Assembly: GCA_022766515.1 (NCBI GenBank) | Contig: JALEPA010000278.1 | Location: 1 to 44,573, forward strand | From: Lachnospiraceae bacterium | Lineage (GTDB): Bacteria > Bacillota > Clostridia > Lachnospirales > Lachnospiraceae | Direction of reading: 5' to 3' | Length of the DNA: 44,573 nt | Part shown: one piece after another, positions 38,423 through 44,573 of the stretch | How positions within the stretch are numbered: the first letter of the stretch is position 1 | Layout of the letters: each line of letters begins with the position of its first letter | Translations under genes and position numbers: made by a program | Notes under the pieces: model-generated | The model's input: only the letters and a program-made list of their open reading frames with translations | What the model was told of the DNA's origin: nothing | Database searches by the model: none

Positions 38423-40173
38423 GAATATTTAAGAATTTTACGAAAAAAGATTATGTGTTGATCTTGGTCGCCATCATTTTTGTTGTGGCGCAGGTCGGGA
38501 TCGACCTCAAGATCCCGGACTACATGTCAGAAGTGACGATGTTAGTCGAGACAGAGGGAAGCGAAATGTCTGACATCCTGATCGCAGGCGGCAAGATGTT
38601 AGGCTGTGCTTTTGCCAGTCTGGTATCTGCTGTGATGGTCGCTGTCATGTCGGCAGCAGTGGGTGTTGGATTTTCAGCGAACATTCGAGAAAAGTTATTT
38701 AATAAGGTACAAGATTTTTCTATGGAAGAGATCGGGCACTTTTCGACAGCCAGCCTGATCACCCGTACGACGAACGATGTACAGCAGGTACAGATGCTGT
38801 TGGTCATGGGATTTCAGGTATTGGTCAAAGCGCCTGTCATGGCGGTGTGGGCGATCCTTAAGATTTACGACAAGAGCTGGCAGTGGACACTTTCTACAGG
38901 TGCAGCAGTCGTGGTTCTTCTATCGATTGTCGGAGTGTGTGTCAGTCTGGCGATGCCAAAATTCAAAAAAATGCAGTCGCTGACAGATGATCTCAACCGT
39001 GTTACCAGAGAAAATCTGACAGGACTCAATGTCGTTCGTGCCTACAATGCAGAGGAATATCAGGAAGAAAAGTTTGCACGGGCAAACGAGGCACTGACGG
39101 GCACCAATTTATTTGCTAACCGTACCATGTCCTTCATGATGCCGGGAATCCAAGGGGTTATGAACGGCTTGACTTTGGCTATCTATTGGATCGGTGCGAT
39201 CTTGATCAGCCATTCTATGATGAGCAAAAAGATCACGCTGTTTTCTGATATGGTTGTCTTTTCTTCCTATGCGATGCAGGTCGTTATGGCATTTATGATG
39301 CTCGTCATGATCTTTATCATTTTGCCAAGAGCATCGGTAGCAGCCCATCGTATTATGGAAGTGCTGGACACAGACATTTCCATTCATGACGGCGAGGGCG
39401 CAGATACCGCCAATACACCAAGTGGAGAAGTAACTTTCCGCCATGTGTCATTTGCTTATCCCGATGCGTCGGCAAATGTAGTGGAAGATATTGATTTTAC
39501 GGTCAAAAAGGGACAGACGGCAGCGATCATTGGAGCAACCGGATGTGGAAAAAGTACCGTGATCAATCTGATCCCAAGATTTTATGATGTGACAGAAGGA
39601 GAAGTGCTTGTAGACGGCGTCAATGTCAAGGAATACGAGCAGAAAGACCTTCGCAGCCGCATCGGTTATGTATCGCAAAAAGCCATTTTATTTACCGGGG
39701 ATATTGCTTCTAATATTGCTTATGGCGATGCAGGCAAGGGCGAGATCACAGAAGAAGGGGTCAAAGAGGCAGTGGCGATCGCACAGTCTACCGATTTTGT
39801 AGAGGCGGAAGACGATAGCTATCATGCGTATGTCGCACAAGGTGGAGAAAATTTTTCCGGTGGACAAAAACAGCGCCTTTCGATCGCACGAGCGGTGGCA
39901 AAGAAACCGGAGATCCTTATCTTTGATGATTCCTTTTCCGCTCTCGATTATAAGACAGACCGCAAACTTCGCCAGACATTGGCTGAGCAGTGTGCGGAGG
40001 CAACGAAGATCATCGTCGCACAGCGAATCGGAACGATCCGCGATGCCGATCTGATCTTAGTATTAGACGGTGGAAAGATCGTGGGAAAGGGAACGCACCA
40101 ACAACTCATGGAATCCTGTGAAGTATATCAGCAGATCGCGTACTCACAGTTATCCAAGGAAGAACTGATGTAG
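38416..40173 (+). CDS. Heterodimeric ABC exporter, subunit with degenerate Walker B
   Basis: ABC exporter TM domain, GATGCGKS, FSGGQKQR, LIFDDS (E to D), AQR switch (H to Q). Confidence 0.92.
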   Translation: MLRIFKNFTKKDYVLILVAIIFVVAQVGIDLKIPDYMSEVTMLVETEGSEMSDILIAGGKMLGCAFASLVSAVMVAVMSAAVGVGFSANIREKLFNKVQDFSMEEIGHFSTASLITRTTNDVQQVQMLLVMGFQVLVKAPVMAVWAILKIYDKSWQWTLSTGAAVVVLLSIVGVCVSLAMPKFKKMQSLTDDLNRVTRENLTGLNVVRAYNAEEYQEEKFARANEALTGTNLFANRTMSFMMPGIQGVMNGLTLAIYWIGAILISHSMMSKKITLFSDMVVFSSYAMQVVMAFMMLVMIFIILPRASVAAHRIMEVLDTDISIHDGEGADTANTPSGEVTFRHVSFAYPDASANVVEDIDFTVKKGQTAAIIGATGCGKSTVINLIPRFYDVTEGEVLVDGVNVKEYEQKDLRSRIGYVSQKAILFTGDIASNIAYGDAGKGEITEEGVKEAVAIAQSTDFVEAEDDSYHAYVAQGGENFSGGQKQRLSIARAVAKKPEILIFDDSFSALDYKTDRKLRQTLAEQCAEATKIIVAQRIGTIRDADLILVLDGGKIVGKGTHQQLMESCEVYQQIAYSQLSKEELM

Positions 40174-40208
40174 ATCATAGCAACAGCATCTGCGGAAATG
40201 AGGTAAAT

Positions 40209-42452
40209 ATGAGTGAAAATAGAAGTAGAGCCGGGATGAGAAGACCCGGAATGGGGAGACCGGGCAGAGGACCGGCAGTCATGGGACCCAAAGAAAAAGT
40301 AGACAATCGCACTTGGGGCAAACTGCTTTCTTATTGTAAACGATATGGGTTTGTCATTATATTTGCGATATTATGTGCAGCGACCGGAAGTATCCTGACT
40401 TTGGTGGGACCGGATAAGCTGTCCGATATTACGGACACGATCTCTGCAGGGATCTCGCCAAATACAGAGAAACTGCAGGATATATCCAAGGAAATTTCGA
40501 CTAATATGTCGCAAAATATGCAGACTGTCATGGCACAGATCGGAGCAAACTTTGCGCAAAAGGAGGCGGCTCCCGGTGCGATCAGCATCAATGGCGTAAC
40601 GCTTTCGGTTGAAGATCAGCAAAAGACAATGGAATTGTTTGCCAAGGCGGATCAGAAAGACAGCAAAGCGATGGCATCCTTGATGACACAGCTGCCACAA
40701 TCGGTGCAGGATGCTCTGTATTCGGATATTCAGGTCGATGGCAAGACGATTTCTGCCAAAGATCAGAAGAAAACAATAGAATTGTTATCTGATGCAAAAC
40801 AAAACGATGGAAAAGCAATGCTGAAAGCGTTGGATCGTCTCCCAAAATCCGTGTATAACCAGATCAAGCCATCTGTGGACCTGGATAAGATTGAAAAGAC
40901 GGTATTCTTTTTGATCGTTTTGTATTTGTCCAGTATGGTTTTGTCGGCAGTACAGGGATGGAGCATGGCAACGGTAACGCAGAAGGTATCGAAACGCCTG
41001 CGTGGTGACATTTCTGAAAAGATCAACCGTCTGCCGATGAGCTATTATCACCACCATTCTACAGGTGATGTATTATCGCGAGTGACCAACGATATCGATA
41101 CGATCAGCCAGTCGTTGAACATGAGCATTGGTACTTTGGTGTCAGCTGTGACACTCTTTGCGGGATCACTGTTTATGATGTTTAAGACCAATGTCATTAT
41201 GGCAATCTCCGGTATTTTGGCAACTTTCGTGGGATTTGCATTGATGAGCCTGATCATGGGTCGATCCCGTAAATATTTTATCCGTCAGCAAAATCATCTT
41301 GGCGCGTTGAACGGTCACATTGAGGAAATTTATTCCGGTCATACCGTAGTCAAAGCTTACAATGGGGAAGAAAAAGCGATGGCGGATTTTCACCGATTGA
41401 ATGGCAAACTTCGTGACAGCGGATTTAAGGCGCAGGCGTTGTCCGGTCTGATGATGCCGTTGATGTCTTTTATCGGGAACTTTGGTTATGTAGTTGTGTG
41501 TATTGTAGGTGCCGCTTTGGCAATGCAGGATAAGATCAGCTTTGGTGTGATCATTTCCTTCATGATGTATATCCGATTTTTCACACAGCCGTTATCACAA
41601 ATGGCGCAGGCGGCACAGTCCATGCAGATGGCTGGGGCAGCAGCAACGCGTGTGTTTGAATTTTTGGAAGCAGAGGAAATGGAAGACGAGTCGCACAAAG
41701 AAGTCAGATCCCTACAGGCAAAAGGTGATGTATCCTTTTCTCATGTGCAGTTTGGTTATGAGCCGGGACAGACGATCATCAAGGACTTTTCTGCCGAAGT
41801 CAAGGCGGGACAGAAAATTGCGATCGTTGGACCGACCGGAGCGGGTAAATCAACATTGGTCAATCTGTTGATGCGTTTTTATGAGATCCAAAAAGGGGAC
41901 ATCAAAATTGATGGAGTATCCACCTCGACAATGCGCCGTGAAGAAGTACATTCAAAGTTTTGTATGGTATTGCAGGACACTTGGCTGTTTGAAGGAACGG
42001 TACGAGAAAATCTGATCTATTGTACAGAACAGGTATCGGATGACAAAATGATAAAGGCGTGCAAGGCGGTGGGACTTGACCATTTTATCCGCACTTTACC
42101 GCATGGTTATGATACCGTGTTAGACGATCAGGTCAATCTGTCACAGGGACAGAAACAGCAGTTGACGATCGCCAGAGCAATGATCGCAGACAAACCGATC
42201 CTGATCCTTGATGAGGCGACCAGCTCCATTGATACGCGTACCGAGTTAAAGATACAGGCGGCGATGGATGAGCTTATGAAAAACCGTACTTCCTTTGTCA
42301 TTGCGCATCGTTTGTCGACGATCAAAGATGCGGATCTGATCCTGGTATTAAAAGACGGAGACATTATCGAAAGCGGTAATCATGAAGAACTGTTAGCAAA
42401 ACAGGGATTTTATGCAGACTTGTACAACAGTCAGTTTGAGCAGGCATCGTAG
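40209..42452 (+). CDS. Heterodimeric ABC exporter, partner subunit with enlarged extracellular loop
   Basis: GPTGAGKS, LSQGQKQ, ILDEATS, IAHRL; about 150-aa insertion after TM1. Confidence 0.92.
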   Translation: MSENRSRAGMRRPGMGRPGRGPAVMGPKEKVDNRTWGKLLSYCKRYGFVIIFAILCAATGSILTLVGPDKLSDITDTISAGISPNTEKLQDISKEISTNMSQNMQTVMAQIGANFAQKEAAPGAISINGVTLSVEDQQKTMELFAKADQKDSKAMASLMTQLPQSVQDALYSDIQVDGKTISAKDQKKTIELLSDAKQNDGKAMLKALDRLPKSVYNQIKPSVDLDKIEKTVFFLIVLYLSSMVLSAVQGWSMATVTQKVSKRLRGDISEKINRLPMSYYHHHSTGDVLSRVTNDIDTISQSLNMSIGTLVSAVTLFAGSLFMMFKTNVIMAISGILATFVGFALMSLIMGRSRKYFIRQQNHLGALNGHIEEIYSGHTVVKAYNGEEKAMADFHRLNGKLRDSGFKAQALSGLMMPLMSFIGNFGYVVVCIVGAALAMQDKISFGVIISFMMYIRFFTQPLSQMAQAAQSMQMAGAAATRVFEFLEAEEMEDESHKEVRSLQAKGDVSFSHVQFGYEPGQTIIKDFSAEVKAGQKIAIVGPTGAGKSTLVNLLMRFYEIQKGDIKIDGVSTSTMRREEVHSKFCMVLQDTWLFEGTVRENLIYCTEQVSDDKMIKACKAVGLDHFIRTLPHGYDTVLDDQVNLSQGQKQQLTIARAMIADKPILILDEATSSIDTRTELKIQAAMDELMKNRTSFVIAHRLSTIKDADLILVLKDGDIIESGNHEELLAKQGFYADLYNSQFEQAS

Positions 42453-42522
42453 CAGGGATTCCTGATATGACGGGAAATGCTATGGCTGCCGGAAAGATTT
42501 CCGGAGAAAATTTGACGGACTC

Positions 42523-42584
42523 TTGCCCATTTTGATACTTGCTTATATAATGATGTTGGGGACAAACGGTATTTTGTCCCCGAC
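42523..42584 (+). promoter_or_regulatory. sigma-A promoter followed by a 5' hairpin
   Basis: TTGCCC-N17-TATAAT (42523-42551); GTTGGGGACAAA-N6-TTTGTCCCCGAC (42555-42584). Confidence 0.55.
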
Positions 42585-42672
42585 TGATGTCAGAGGTGGC
42601 TGCCTTATCGGGTGGTTTTCGCAATCTTTGGCTGCAAGATAGAATAGATAGTAAGTACATGGGGGAGAAAAA

Positions 42673-44573
42673 ATGTCTCATAATATAAAAGCGTGGGTAA
42701 GCGTGGGGTTGACAATTAGCATGATGATCCTTCTGTTGTCACCGTTACAAAGAGCGGCAGCGGCAGAGGAGAATACGGAAAAAGCGTCCGAGGAAACATC
42801 GATTTCCATGGATGCTTTTTGTGCGTTGGATTCCAGCGAGCAGGAAGGTCAGATGGTAGATGTTGCATCGGTAGAGGATCTGGATAAACTACGCACCTAT
42901 TTATCGGGGAATCCTACCGGCGGAGCGAATACCTTTCGGCAGACGGCAGATATTGTGGTATCACCATACACTTATCAGTATCTGGAAGACCTACACCGTA
43001 TTGAGATTTCTTATGATGGGGCGGTCGAAGCATATTACGATGTGACGAATGGCAATTACTATGCCGGGAAAGAGGATACCAAGAGGTTGGAGGATTACCA
43101 GTGGAAAGTGGAATCTTGGGAGCCGATTGGAACAGCACCAAACAACGGCAAAAGAGTAACATGGCGATATTTGGGTAAGGGGCATACTATCGAGGGCGTG
43201 TACCAAAAAACGGACATCAAGGAATTGGTACAAGGAGAAGAATATTTTACAGGAATTTTTAGTTACGCATCGGAAATCAAGGGGGTTCATATCAAAAATT
43301 TCTTTGCCCAGGGGGGACTTTATGCAGCGCAGGCGGTTCTTGGAAATCATCTGGGCAATGTATACGACTGCACGGGGGAGGCAGTCCAGATCATGGCGTT
43401 TGCAATGACAGGAGATGCCAGTCCCAGTGTGGGATTTATTTCCACCCCACAAGGGAACATAGAAAATGTGCAGGTCGACAGTAATATATTTGTTAGAGAT
43501 GTTGCAAGTGCCGACCAGGAACCTACATTTCAAGATGGAGGATCTATTGGGGGGATTGTTGATTGGATAAGCGATTCCAGTGAGAACCAGGACATCCGTG
43601 ATTGTCAAAGTAGTGGGAGTATATGGAATATCAATGGAACCGGCTTTGCGTATGGTGGCATCGCGGGATGGATAGATGGTGCGGTGGGAAATAAGGTATT
43701 GCGTTGCAATAGCGATATGCAGATAGAGGGAGAAATTTTATTTGCAGGAGGAATTGCAGGGGCACTTAATAGTCGTGGGGGGATGGCGGTAGAATGTACT
43801 TACGAGGGTGACCTTTTCGTACACCGCAGTCATGACGATCAGACGGAATGTATGTATGCCTATCCCAGTGTTGGCGGAATTTGTGGCCAGCTGGCATCAA
43901 AGGTAATGGTATTTGGATGCAGAAATAAGGCAGAAATAAAAAGCGAGACGGGTAATGCCGGAGGAATCGTCGGCATCACGGATGACGGCGGCGTGGTCAG
44001 TTGTGCCAATTATGGAAATGTGGAGACGCAGGAAGGCAAGGATCCATTGTGCGCACAGCCGGCAGGGGGAATTGTAGGGTCGTATGGAATGGGTGACGAA
44101 ACACTGATCGTCAACTGTTATAATGCAGGAAATATCAGTTCGGCAAACTCTGTGGCAAGCGGCATTGTGGGACTACTCAATAATCCTTGGAATACCTGTC
44201 CGGAGCAGTTTGCGATGAACATACAAAATGTATGTAGTACCGGTACGGTGACCGGAGCAGTCAAAAAGGACTATTTGACAGGCATCATTAATGAGGGCGT
44301 AGTACGGGCATATGATGGCAGGACGGCAGATTCGGCATGGCTTTGTACACAGCTGAACAAATCTTTACTCCGTGAGGATGTAGAGGGCGGTTATGAGTGG
44401 ACGGACATGGAGAGTTTTCGGGTGAATGCGATCTATGGTTATGATCCGGTGTACCATAATTATCCACAGACGGGACAGTGTCTGCGCGCTAAGTGGGTCA
44501 CAACCGATGATGGTGCGCTTGATCTGCAAGTGGTGCAGCAAAAAGATCTGGATGTGATCGATTACATCTTCAA
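42673..44573 (+). CDS. Secreted GLUG-motif beta-helix surface protein (3' truncated by window; absent from the ORF track)
   Basis: GGGGGAG RBS; manual translation stays open to the window end; signal peptide MSHNIKAWVSVGLTISMMILLLSPLQRAAAA; WEPIG; repeated GGIAG/GGIVG and NCYNAGNI. Confidence 0.85.
   Translation, partial: MSHNIKAWVSVGLTISMMILLLSPLQRAAAAEENTEKASEETSISMDAFCALDSSEQEGQMVDVASVEDLDKLRTYLSGNPTGGANTFRQTADIVVSPYTYQYLEDLHRIEISYDGAVEAYYDVTNGNYYAGKEDTKRLEDYQWKVESWEPIGTAPNNGKRVTWRYLGKGHTIEGVYQKTDIKELVQGEEYFTGIFSYASEIKGVHIKNFFAQGGLYAAQAVLGNHLGNVYDCTGEAVQIMAFAMTGDASPSVGFISTPQGNIENVQVDSNIFVRDVASADQEPTFQDGGSIGGIVDWISDSSENQDIRDCQSSGSIWNINGTGFAYGGIAGWIDGAVGNKVLRCNSDMQIEGEILFAGGIAGALNSRGGMAVECTYEGDLFVHRSHDDQTECMYAYPSVGGICGQLASKVMVFGCRNKAEIKSETGNAGGIVGITDDGGVVSCANYGNVETQEGKDPLCAQPAGGIVGSYGMGDETLIVNCYNAGNISSANSVASGIVGLLNNPWNTCPEQFAMNIQNVCSTGTVTGAVKKDYLTGIINEGVVRAYDGRTADSAWLCTQLNKSLLREDVEGGYEWTDMESFRVNAIYGYDPVYHNYPQTGQCLRAKWVTTDDGALDLQVVQQKDLDVIDYIF

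Noticed and set aside
39900-42170. Non-canonical ABC motifs (DDS, AQR, LSQGQ) as signs of pseudogenes
   Set aside because: This is the normal degenerate site of heterodimeric ABC exporters.

Overview
Chromosomal segment of a spore-forming Firmicute, probably Lachnospiraceae-like (inferred from spoIIR, sigE/sigF-like promoters and gene content). The backbone is housekeeping: a phosphoglucomutase 3' end, M14 peptidase, glgB, DUF1934, spoIIR, class A PBP, GT2, nadE, GH32 sucrase, tandem MacB-like ABC genes, CAP and GHL10 proteins, NUDIX, eno, iorAB-paaK, sbcDC, MarR plus a heterodimeric ABC exporter, and a GLUG-type surface protein that runs off the right end and is missing from the ORF track. 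Three AT-richer accessory modules interrupt it: BrnT/BrnA, HTH-HipA facing a MotA/MotB (ZorA/ZorB-like) pair, and an AlbA_2 ATP-binding gene. The best candidate for an undescribed system is the ZorAB-like pair: ZorA lacks its tail, no zorC/D/E is present, the promoter and RBS look intact, and it converges on hipA. Other signals are a 24-bp palindrome repeated in four intergenic regions, a 21-codon remnant of a deleted sucrose PTS gene, a 38-bp tandem repeat with ATG-TAA minigenes between sbcD and sbcC, and a perfect 38-bp palindrome over the AlbA gene promoter. No rRNA, tRNA, CRISPR array, integrase or transposase was recognised. All family calls come from motif recognition, not database searches.
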